In this document: positions 11,086-23,295 of the stretch, piece by piece | Layout of the letters: every line of letters begins with the position of its first letter | Numbering within the stretch: position 1 is the stretch's first letter | NCBI GenBank assembly: GCA_015680685.1 | Contig: MNCI01000651.1 | Location: 310,001 to 374,000 of the forward strand | Length of the DNA stretch: 64,000 nucleotides | Direction: 5' to 3' | Origin: Gnetum montanum | Lineage: Eukaryota; Plantae; Gnetophyta | The notes under the pieces: model-generated | What the model was told of the DNA's origin: nothing | What the model saw: only the letters and a program-made list of their open reading frames with translations | Databases searched by the model: none | Position numbers and translations under genes: made by a program

Positions 11086-13343
11086 TGTTGATGTATACAT
11101 TTTGGACACATAGTTACCTAAAAAACTCATTTAGGGAGACTATTACCTAGGGTGCCTCCCGTATGGGTATGGAAACCTAAGAATAGTCTCAACTAGAAAG
11201 GGCAATGTAGCATTCCAAAAGGTAAATTGAACTCAAAATTGGAAAAATTTAAATCAAATAAGTATCTTAAATTTTAAGCTTGACAAAAAAAGTAGTAAAA
11301 TAACTATTAAATGTAACTATTAAAATTCTCCCAAGTCTCTTACTACCATCATTCACTATTGCTACTTGATGCCTACTCTCATTCAAAATGAGAGTGACTC
11401 CTGTTCTTCAAACCCTTAGGTCATGGGAAAGAGAGGAAGATAATGAATGGAGAGGGAGAGAGATGTGTTATCTCTTATGTCTTCTACTGCCTACCACTGC
11501 CACTTGCCAAAACCACTCTGCACTAATCACTACTACTATTGTCATTACTGCTGCTGCTGTCACTATTTCTACTACTGCCACTATTGCCATTGCTTCTAGT
11601 TGTTATCACTATCACCATTCATTGGCTCATGCTACCTATTGGCTTTTGACCATTTTCTCGTGTCACCCACCACCATTTTTGCATGCATCTTTGTTAGCAT
11701 TTCACATCACCTACCACTTGTCGACACTACCTACTACCTGTTGGTGTTGCACTCACTTATCGTCATTCATTGCTATCATGTGCTCTCATTTACTATAGGT
11801 GTCGATGGTTGCCATTTATGTTGTGTACCACTACTATTCATACTTGTTGGCACCTCCTATCACTCACCACTCATAGATGCTACCACCATCAATTTTGCCT
11901 GTAGCTATTGACACTAAAAAAGAGGGAGGACTGAAGATCCCCTTTCTACATTTTGCTACTGCCAATCATTTTATAGTAACTCCTAGCTAATGTTCTTAGT
12001 TACCCACATCTACCACCACCACATTTCCACTACCCCATGTGTAGTCCTATTTTTATTTTATTTTTCAGTAGTTTATGTTACACTGCTATAGAATGGGACT
12101 AACGTTCTTAGGAAGGAAGGGATCGATACATAGCCAGAGCAATGAAAAAAGGGAGGCCAGAAAAATGGATCACATGAACACAATTGTGGCATCTGATTAT
12201 GTATTCACATGAGCCCTTTTAGGAATGGATACAGATGCAAAACCACCTACATAGTAAAGAAAACCTTGCTAAACAATAAACCCCATGACTAGTAATTGTT
12301 ATTTGTAGTAGTAGAAATGCCTACAATGAGAGCCACTAGATTTATTATCATCAGTGTCTTCAACAGAATCACCGAAGTAGTCCACTTGAACAAATACAAC
12401 TTTACAAATTCATCTTCATCATCTACTGTAGGTTTGGCTATAACCATGAAATTGGTATCCACTATGCCTAAAACTTTTAGTAGGCCTTGTACCATTGTGA
12501 ATAAGTGAGATGAGACTTTGGTGATGACCTAGAATTGCTTATTCCTCCAGAATTCTAACATGGAAACCCTACTCCAGTGTAGCTTTAGAATGGATGTTGA
12601 GATGATTGTGAAAAACATGCATAGAAACTAGATATTGGTGATTCCTATCAATCTAGATGTTATGAATTTGTTGGTGAGTAGGCACATGGATAGGAGTGTG
12701 TAGTAGGCCAACAAAGGAATGGAGGTAAAAGGATAGACTACTGTGCTTATGTATGCCATGTGTTGCAGGAGTTTTAGTTTGGAGCAGTTGTTGTTTTCAA
12801 TGTTTGTGTTGGATCCTAGTCCCTAGGAATACCATAGTGAGAAATGATGGCTTATGAAGATCCCAATGGATCCCAAAGCCCAACGAAGAACTATTGAAGA
12901 TTCTTTCATTATATTCTCCAATTGAATTTTATTCCTTCATTGATCCTCATCTTTCAAACATTTTTTTAATGTCTACATGTTTAACATATTTGAAGTTGGA
13001 ATAGGATTCCCTATGCTATGTAACCAATCTTACTTTATATTACTTTTCTATTTTACTAGAAGCTCAAAGAAACAAAAAAATTAAAACAAAACTTGTTTGG
13101 CTAATTGAAGTTAATGTTTGCTAGCAAGAAATTATTCTACTTATCCCTACTCAATTTAGGATATCAAACAAATTAAATTATGGAGAATTTCATGAAAAGA
13201 TTTGTTGATTAATGATAATAATTTAAAGGTTGCATGATACCTTTTATTGAAAGAACCCCTATTCAAATCATCAAACCATACCCTAGTGCTTATACCAATA
13301 AGTCATAGCCTTGTGTCTAGCATGGGCAATGTTGGCATCAATA
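11086..13343 (-). repeat. 5' LTR of the CesA-carrying element
   Basis: Adjacent to the PBS; starts tgttgatg on the plus strand; direct repeat of 5015-7333. Confidence 0.93.
12065..12894 (-). pseudogene. CesA: Captured CesA C-terminal fragment, copy 2
   Basis: VLRWALGSIGIF...VQGLLKVLGIVDTNFMVIAK..LYLFKWTT..NNNY..LHLYPFLKGL..QCNINY*; retains the terminal TGA. Confidence 0.95.
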
Positions 13344-16300
13344 GTTATATATAGAGTTAAAAAAAGTAAACAGATTATAATAAGGGCTAAATAAAGGTCA
13401 AAAAAGGTCAAACAAAGGAAAGTATAAGACTACAAATGGTCAACATTGATCATATTTTTGCTAGTTTAAGACCTTAGTAGGACATAATACTAGTTTAAGG
13501 CCATAACAAGCCATAATGCTAGTTTAAGGTCATAGTGGGCCATGGTTACACAGTGTCAAACAGTGATTAGGGAAGGTCAAACTCCACCATCCAACACCAA
13601 TCAAAGACTTAATAAAGGTAAATAAGGCTATATTAAGGTAAAAAAAGGAAAATATAAATCTCTGTACTGGTCATAAGAAGGTCAACAAGGTTGACAATGT
13701 AACACAAGGCCAAAATCAAGTCAAAACATCATGAAATAAGGATAAATCAAGATAAATAGATTACATATGATGAAATTTGACTAATATAGATAAAAAATGA
13801 TCAACTTTTTCCAGTTTTAGGCCTTAGCAAGCCATGGTTTAAGGTTAGAAGGGTCATGGGTGAGTTTGGTCATCAATTAGTGCTATTTTTGGGCTATTTA
13901 AACTTAAAAATCAAACGTTTTGAGGCGTCCACATTGGGTTCCCCTATTTCCATACTATCCAACATGAAAGAAGTGATCCCTAGTATGAAAACAAATGATA
14001 GTATGTTTTGGGACATCCAAAGGTCCTAAATTGATGTTTTGGGGGCTTCTCAAGGCAACGTAGGGCTAGATCCATCAAAATTAGGCACTCTAAAGGCTGA
14101 TAAAGGCCAAAATATAGGTTCTAGAGCTTAATCTCCTTACTTCCACATTGAAAAGCATGGAAGGAAGGGAGCACAATGTACAAAACTAAGATCCAAGTAT
14201 AATCAAGGTCAAATAATGTTAAACTAGCATCAAGAACCCATATCTGGGAGTTGTACATTCCCTAGCCTCATTTTGAGGCCATTTGAGTCAACTTCTAGTT
14301 CTAGGATAAGTTGAAATTACTTTTCCACCTTCTTAAATGATGCATTTAGCATCCCTAACATGGAAGAATTAGAGGAAACTTGTTCCAAGCTTTTGGAATG
14401 GTTTGGGAGCACATTGACCAAGTTTTTAGACCCCTAGGTTTACATATCATGATTTCCAAAGTTTCTAGCTAATTTTGGTAACATTTGGAGGTCAATTAAG
14501 GGCATCTAAGGTTTTACACCCATATTTTAACACTAGGGGAGTTTCTCTAGCATGGAAGATTATGGAAAATGAGTTTTGAATGCCAAAATGAAGTCAAACA
14601 AGCATAATCTCAAGGCTATGAGATCCTAGGCTTCTTTGCCATAGATTTTTTATCTCCGAGAGTGTCAACACCTGTCACCAAATGTATAAAAGTAGCTTTT
14701 CCACCTTATTTTCATGTTGTCCAACATGGAAGGGACCTTCTCTAGTATGGATGAAATAAGAATCCTAGATCTAGACCATCTTGCAACATAATCAACTACG
14801 CATGTTAGCTCCTAGAGTTGTCAGGGTTAAGGGCTAAGGTCTTAGGTCAAACTTTGGTAGTTTTAGGTATTCCTAAGTGGTGTTTTTGCTTTTCCCCCTT
14901 TTTGATTCTAAGGTCAGAGTGTACAATGTGGATCTAATTGGTGACATCAAGGGGCATATATTTTTGGCCATTGGAGGTTAATTCTGCAAGATTTATGGGC
15001 TCTGGAAGATGCAAACATGGTCTTATGGTACATGAAAAGTTGTAGGGTATGTTCTTGAGGTGTCTAAGAGTTATTTTTGAATCCCCAAAAAGTTCCTCTT
15101 ACTTCCACATTGGCTAGCATGAAATATTTTGCTCCCAAGATGGAAGAACTAAGGAACCCTACTTTTTGCTATTTTTGTCACTTCTAGCCATGCATGTGGG
15201 TCTTCAAGATTACTAGTGTCAATCATTGATACCTAGGGTTAAAATGTGGGTATTTAAATCATTGTTAAATGGTTTTTAATGTTCTTATTTTTCTTCCATG
15301 CTAGGATTCTTATTTTCATCATGGAAGATTAAGGGAGCTAGCGTTTGGCTATCTATGATCAATTTTGGAGAGTTTGTAAGTTCTGTTATGTATAAATAGT
15401 GTCCCCCCCACCCAACAAGATTTCTAAGGTATCTAAAGGTCATCTTCATGTACCCCAAAGGTTTCCCATTTCTTTCATGCTAGAAAACATGGAATAGCTA
15501 ACTCCTAGCATGGAAGAGCTAAAGAACTATGCCTTTTTCTAGTTTTTATTAGTTTTGGATATGCATGTGTGTCCATAGGGTTGTTGGTGTTGATTGTCAA
15601 TGCCTAGGGTTAATATCTACAAATTTTGAGGGTTGTAAGAGTGTTTTTTGGCTTCCCCCACTCCATCAATTCTAGGTTTTAGATTATCACTATGGATAGG
15701 ATCCTCCTCATTGTGAAGAATCTAAGGGAGGCAAGTTTGGATAATATTAGTTACCTTTTGGAAGTCCAGTGGCCTTTCAAAAGAGTTGATTTTCTTCTAG
15801 AAGTTAGTTTTCATGGAAACTTCAATAGTTTTGGATTCCACCATTTCATCCACATTGGGACTAGGATGCTTAGTGTGAATGAGGTCCTCCATAGTGCTAA
15901 AGAATTGTAGGTGATTGGATTTTATTAAATTTTAACATTTTGGTGACTTCTAGAGAGGATGTTAAGGTTCCAGTGTAGGTACAAGGAAATTTGATGTTGT
16001 TTTCATGTATCTAGGACCCCACTAATCTTCCTAGCTACATCCACATTGTTTACATGTTGGGAACATGGAAGAGGTCTTCCCTAGTGTGGATGATCCAAGA
16101 ATGTCAGATCTAGGTTAGTTTGATAGCCAATCAACAATGCATATCAACCTCTAGGATTGTTGATGTTGATGGTTGATACTTGATGTCAAGATTCACCAAT
16201 TTAAAGGCTTCTAGGTGCCTCATGTAATCATTTCCCTTTCTTCTATTCTTGGAATGTTGGCCTTTGTATGGATGAGAGGAGGATCGTATTTTTATGCTAT

Positions 16301-17459
16301 GCTTTACTACTTTTGAGACATTCAAAATCTCTAGTGGGTTCTAATAGGGTCTAGGGATCACCAAAGTAGGTTATTTGGCTGTTTTAGGTCATAACATAGG
16401 TTTTCTTACATATCCCCTAGGTTTCCACATTAGTTCCACATTAGCCAATGTAGATAGAGGGTTTTCCATCACAGAATATGCTATGGATGAAAAATCAACT
16501 TGTTTAATGATCAAACTACACTATTGGATGTTGTGAGAGAGTACTAGGCTTTGAAAAATGGCTACTAGGTGTTTGATTAAGGTAATTTTTGGCATTCCAC
16601 CATCCATCCATGCTGAGGCTAGGATGATCAATGTGGATGAGACCTCTTCCAACATGGAACCACCAAATCCCAAGGTTTTGAGTACATGCAACTAGATTTG
16701 GTGAGGTTTCAGGGTTGCTGGGGGTGATTAGAGGGGTTCTATGTTATGTAGGCCTACTTTGGGGGTCAAACCTAGGCTAGATTCATGTTGGGAGGTAAGA
16801 ATGAGTGTCACTTTCCTTTTTTCATGTTGGGTAATTTTTTCCTAGAATTAAAACCCAAGATGTCCAATTTTGTTAGTTTCTAACCCCATTTCAGAGCCCG
16901 AGATTAAAAAAGGTAGGTTATAACTACTAAAAATGTTAATAAAATAATGTTTTAATGGTTCTAGGAGGTGGGAGGCATGTATCCATGCTAGGAATGGCAT
17001 CCCTAGTAGGGATGCATGGGAGTTAAGGTCAAAATATTTTTCTAGATATCCAAAGGGGTTAAGAACCAATGTTGATGTAGTTTCAATGTTAAAAGTGAAG
17101 TTGTATGTTGGGGTTCACTAGCCAAAATTTAAATTTTTGAAAAGTAAGGTTATTTCCAATTAATCCCAATGTTGAAAATAATTTTCCACCATTACACTTA
17201 AGTTCACTTGGAGTTATGATGAATTGAATTGGAAATTGGGGTTGAGAGATGGACATTTAGGTTTAATTTGAGTTTTTATTGTCAAATTGTAAACGTTTCA
17301 ATAAAAATATTCATTCCTATCAAATGGTGCATTTGTAGAGATCTCAAGTAGAGAATTTTGTAGCCAACATAACCCATCCTTAGTTTGGATGCATTAGATC
17401 TTCCCTACAACTAGCATTGAACCTCTATCCTACCCAAATTTTAGAATTTTCCAATGTTG

Positions 17460-20400
17460 GTGCAACTATGGTGTCCAAGCAGCATGGAGGAAAGAAAAAA
17501 AATCCATGAATTCAGAAGGTAGGACAGAATGCAAGAAACCAATTATGACTCTCTATATCTATCTCCATCAAGTATTCATTTGTGGCTACCCCAAGGTAGA
17601 CAATTCTAACTATTCTTCCTTCAGTTTCTAGTCATTTTTTCATACTTTTCTTGCCCTGTGTATGGTGATTTTCTTTAGAATGAAATTTCAATGAAATATT
17701 ACATCATGTATTTGCTAGTTATATGTAGATATAGGATTTTTTTCATTGGTTTGATCTTGGGTAGATTTGGTTTTTAAATACTAGGCTTGCTATTTTCATG
17801 TTTTTTTTTTCTAAAATTTGGGGATAGTGCCATTTTTCTTAGATCCTGGCTTTAATGTTTGTGAAATTTTAATTTTAAAAAAATGCTACCCCATTATTTT
17901 GGTGTGGTTTTAAATGCGTATTTGGTTTTTTGGCTATTATGGCTACCTTGCATGGCTATGTTAAGTTAGGCTTTATGAAATTTGAGCTTTTTTTGGTGAC
18001 TTTTGTATGAAAAAAGCAAGCAATGTTGTGTATTTTTTACTAAGAAAATGACTATAATACATTTAGAATTTGATGTTATGGATTTGTAGCTCTATGTTTA
18101 AACTTTTCAATTGCTATGGTTCCATTCAATCTTGGTTTAAAACAATGAACTTGTGGCTATTGGTAAGGTTGTGTGGTTAGGTTTTTGTGCCATTTTTTAG
18201 AATTTCATGTAAATTCAAAATTTTTTTCTAAGTAAAAGGCAGTGGATTTGGCTATTTTTTAGTTGTGGTTAGGTGCTTCATGATTTCAGCTTTCCAATAG
18301 AGGTATAATCACTTCTTTTATATTTGAAACAANNNNNNNNNNNNNNNNNNNNNNNNNNNNNNNNNNNNNNNNNNNNNNNNNNNNNNNNNNNNNNNNNNNN
18401 NNNNNNNNAAGGTAGGATAATTTTTAATAAATTTTTTATCTAGGCTATGTTAATAAGGCTAAATATTGGTTGTAGCACTTTATCCCTTAGGAGATTGATA
18501 TAGTTGACATGCTTAGAGGTCTCTATTGTCAACTTACATATCCATGGGTATGTCCTAAAATGTTTGTAACACTCTAAATCTAGTTTTGAAGGTTATAAGA
18601 AATTTTTACTATTTTTGGTAATCTTCATGCTATTGCCTATTTTTTGGACTCTGAATTTGGTTATGTCAATTTGATGTGCTATCTAGGCTATAATGTTTTG
18701 GCTATGATGTATAAGGCTACGAAAGGTTGTAATAATATTGTCATGAACTTATTAGGAAAACTTGAATAAACATCTTAGAGCTTTTTACAAGGGCTAATTT
18801 CACCCTTGACTAGGATGTTTTTTGAAAACTTGTTAAGAAATTTTGATCGATCATAATAATAATTTTATTTTCTTATTTTTTTATTTTTATTTTTTGCTTT
18901 TACATGCAAGATCTTCTTGAAGTCCATACTCATCATTGTTGAGTTGCTAGGAATTTTATGCTACATTAGCCAGACTAAGGCCAATTCCCCCTTAGCTAAC
19001 ATGACCTTAGACAAGGTCTCACTATGGTTTCGGCTAGGGCAAAGGGACTTCCTTTCCTAGATCTTTTAAAATTTAGTATGATGCTCTAGTCACACTTGTT
19101 TGTGGATGTGGCCAAGGTTGTTGTGGAGACACTAATGTATTTTGGGATCCAGTTTGATCACTAGGTTCATCACTAATGATCTACTGCCTAAGACAATAAG
19201 GAAACTAGCAAACATGATTAGTCCATGCTACCTTACAAAGATCTAGACTATGCGAGAGTATAGGTAGTATAATGCTAATAATACTTTGATGATGGGACAC
19301 AGAGTCCACACATTGTTTTAGAACTTTCCTAGCACCATGTGTCATCTATAGTGATAAGCATGGTTGTTATAGTGTTTTTACATTTTTTTCACTTTATTGG
19401 CTAAACTACCTTTTCTAACTTCATCAGTTTTGTGAATTTATTGTAGGTACAAGGTTAAAAATAAAATCTTGATAACTAACAATAAAACCTTGGTGGTTGC
19501 TCAAGCCTCATAAGATGAATTCACCAAGGATTCCCAAATTATAACTATTGTGTATGAACAATTAACAGGGAACTTTGATGAATACACTAAGAGATTGACC
19601 CTATATATAAGAAGTGTGTGGACAACAAGATGATACACAATTGGTGGATGGGCTCCAAGAGCATCTTGGATTAGATCGTTATAGCTCAAACCTTTGCTTA
19701 AACAACACTGAAGAAGAAGAAGAAAGGTAAACATAAGGGATATAAATTCTAATGTTTTATGGTCATTAAATTTTTAAGAGTTCTATCATTTTAAGTAGTT
19801 ATTAAACATGCCTATGATAATGCCAAACATTTGGTTGTTACCTTGTAGAACCTTCCACCTCTACCAATGTTACTTGATTAGTTTTAGGATGTCATGATGA
19901 TACCTTTACCCTAAAGTTTGGTGAGGTGATACCAACACAGGAGTGGCTTAAGGGACATGCACCTAGATACATTCAAGAAAAAATCAAGCATGTGGGTTTT
20001 CTTGATCTCTTCATGGTACCTATCCCTTCCATCCTTGATGTAGATGTTTTGCATGTCATCAACTCCTTTAATAAAGAGACCAATCATTTCAGCACCACTA
20101 TTTTAGGTGTACCAATTATCATAGCCGTTGATGAGGACACCTTTTACAAATTATTTCATGTTTCTGCTAATGGGGGAAAGGTTACCATCAAAATAGTGAA
20201 GGAAGTAAGCCATTTTAAGGACGTTTTGGAGTGGCTTGATGTTGGCATTGACCACTCTAGGATTTTCATGGATAGCTTCATGAACCTTAAGGCAAAGACA
20301 TCATATCCTTTGTTTAGGTCACATGTGTTTCGCAAACTATTGTTGTAGAAGAAGGTAATTGACATCATGTAGGGGTGGAACTTTAAGAGGGTCTTGATGG

Positions 20401-22620
20401 ATGACATCAAATTCAACTAGACACTTGCTTTGGTTGTTGGGCTCTATGATGATATTCTTAAACTTCACAATGACACATCCATGATAATCCAAATGCATTT
20501 TTCATTCTTTTTGGATTATCTAATGAGGTTCATGGAGTTCTTGGTGGTGTGAAGGAATGGACGATGGGTTACCCAAGACCCAAAACAACTTTCTAGGCCT
20601 TGGATAAAGCACATTTATCCATCCATGTAGGCCCAAAACTTACCAAATGAGATGGATGATTTATTGTCTATTACCACTAAGGATCTTGATTTTAGGTGAT
20701 GAAAATACCCTAAAAACATGAATAAGGAGCCTCTCATGATTCTAGTGAGTGTTCTAGAGGCCAAATAGCAACATAGAAAAGCCAAAGGAGTAGCCAGGGC
20801 TAAGCTTAATAGGCCCATAGAGGAAGCACCGCTAGTGTCAAAGAAATCCACCTAAAAGAAGCATAAGTTTAAGGTTAGGAAATCACATCAGGTAGTCACA
20901 AATATTCTTTATAGATGTTTTGGTCATTCTATGTTTTAAGATTTTATGGCTACATTATGGTTTCATGTGCTAATCCATTTTCTATATGTTATGGTTGTAG
21001 ACAAGCATTAGGACATGGTAGCCCAAGTTGTCATGGAGGAGGAAGCATAGAGACATGTAGCTACTAGAGTAGAGGAGGAGTAGAGGCATGTACAAAAGAT
21101 GCTATTATAGTAGCATGAGGCTAAAGTACTAGCCAACATATATATATGTTATCTAGATGCCTTGTTCGATGAGGCAATACCAAGTATATCTTCTATCATC
21201 ATCCCAAAGGAAGAAGAGGAGGAGCTAGGTATGCACACGTCTTAATACTTCTCATTATATCTTATTGTTTTAAGTTTCATTTTTTCCCTAACCTTTAAAT
21301 TATTGTTATGGTTATAGTAGTTCCTAAGCCACCAATGTAGGCCCCTATCCCTATTGTTTTTGCAAAACCATGGGTGTAGGTCCTAGAAAAGGTGGAGTTC
21401 ATGTGTAGGATGGCCAAAGACATCATCAACTAGTTGCATCAAGTTTCACCCAAGATAGGTAAGAACTTTATTTTCTATGCTTTAGTCATTTTGATATGTC
21501 ATATGTTGTGTTTATGTTGTGGCTATCTTAGTTTGTACACTATGTTTATGATTGTATTTTACATTTATGCAATATCTTCTATGGAGTAGGGCCCTAGCCA
21601 AGACATGGAGATTGGCTCCTTACCAAAGTTTCCCTTCAATGTCTATAGTGTACCCTTGAAGTTGTATGAGACTGCTACTAATCTAGCAATGTCATGTGAA
21701 AAAACCTCATGGGATCTAGAGAGGCCCAATCAATCCCCATGGGAGCAAGTTATGGCCTTGAGAAAGAAAACTTAATGAGAGGAGAAGGTGATCAAAAATC
21801 TCTAGGACTGTAAGGCCTTTGTGAAAGTCCAAGAGACTAACTCATGGAAATTATGGAGCAAATAGATCATGTGGACCTACTACTAGCATGCCATCTAGAA
21901 TAAGATAGCACTCTCATGGGAGATGGTAGAGCAATAGATGTAGATGGACCTCATCTTCCAAAAGGTTGAGGATTGAAAAGAGCACTACACTTGGATCCAA
22001 GAGTAGGGTAGAAAAAAAAAAGGATCATAAGCAATAATATAAGGCTAATCATGAGACCTACCTAAAGTGGCTCAAAGAGAAGTTAGTTGAACAACACAAG
22101 AGAGAGCTATTCATTTATGATATCCAAGCAAAGAGTGCCTAACAACTCTTTGAGAATACTCTCATAGTGGAAAAATCCACTCCTCCTCATATTACCATTG
22201 TTGCAAGTGAGACCTTTGTGGCTACTATTACCCAGGAGCCACCTATTTGGACTATAGTAGAGAGGAGTGGCATCCTCACCAGCATTGATCTTGGGGATAT
22301 TGATTGGGCCAATATTATGAACGACTAGATCCTCCATTGTTTGAAGGATGGCCTTTCACATCTATCCCCAGAAGTCATGGAGTTAGAGTCTCCACAAGTT
22401 TGATGCATTTTATGTTTTAGTTTTATTTTATGTTATGGTTTTGTATAGGTTATATTTTTGGGTTTTTGGTTACTGATTTGCTATGTGTTATTGTATTTTA
22501 GGCATCAGGAGACATTGGTAACCCTAGCAGTAAGGGTGGGATGATCCATTACTTCCTCCTCTAGATGCCCCCTAGCATCCTTCATTTACCTCTTTCAGCT
22601 TGTTGGTTATATGTCTTTTA
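17460..22620 (+). pseudogene. Antisense multi-exon accessory gene of element B (PMD / plant-transposon-protein-like domain plus an E/K/Q-rich C-terminal part)
   Basis: GT..AG introns with T-rich acceptors: donors 17596, 19727, 20892, 21229, 21459; acceptors 19446, 19848, 21000, 21317, ~21572, 22501. Exon translations align with those of element E. The domain call is by eye only. Confidence 0.7.
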
Positions 22621-23295
22621 TTTTTATATTGATGGCTATTGTTAGCCAAGACTATGTTATTGACAACTATTATTTTTTGACAATTTTGCCACATAGTATG
22701 ACCATGGCTATGTATGTTACAAACATTTTAAATTTAAACTTTGGTTTTATTTTGGCTATATATATTGCTCTTGTGTTATAAATGTTGTAGTTTGTTATGT
22801 TAATAATTAAAGTTAAATGGGTAGTTGATGGGATTATAGGCTAAACATAAATATAATGGAAGAGATGTTTGCTAGTTTTAGTCCATGGAGGGAATAGGTT
22901 GCATTTTTTTTTGCCAATTTAAGATCATGATATGACATGTTGCATTGTGGTTACATTACTAGTTTTAGGCCATGATAAGCCATGTTGCCAATTTAAAGTC
23001 TTACCAAACTAAGGTTGAAGAAAAACTTATATTTTCAAGTAATTTTTATAGTTTTAACGTTTTTATGATTTTTTTAAAGTTTATGTCATGCTAAATAAAG
23101 AAATAAATAAGGACATAATAAATGAAAATGTAATTAAAATAAACTTATAGACTCTCTACATAAAAAGTAGAATAAAACATGGAGAAAAAGGTAATAATTG
23201 GTCAACAAAGAGAAATCTTAGGTTAAATGATCATGGTAAAAATGGTTATAAAGGTCATAAGGATGCAACATGGAAGGAGTAGAAGTGCATGTTAC

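Larger units (their letters stand above)
5015..13343 (-). mobile_element. Complete non-autonomous (gag-protease only, TR-GAG-like) Gypsy LTR element whose LTRs carry a CesA gene fragment
   Basis: Two ~2.3-kb direct repeats with consensus TGTTGATG...CATCAACA termini. Perfect 5-bp TSD GTTAT (5010-5014 / 13344-13348). PBS 11063-11079 and a PPT-like tract at 7334-7345. No RT/RH/INT in the 3.75-kb interior. Confidence 0.93.

Noticed and set aside
6055-12894. A functional CesA gene or tandem CesA duplication
   Set aside because: Only the C-terminal ~277 codons are present, with multiple stops, and both copies are parts of the LTRs of one element.
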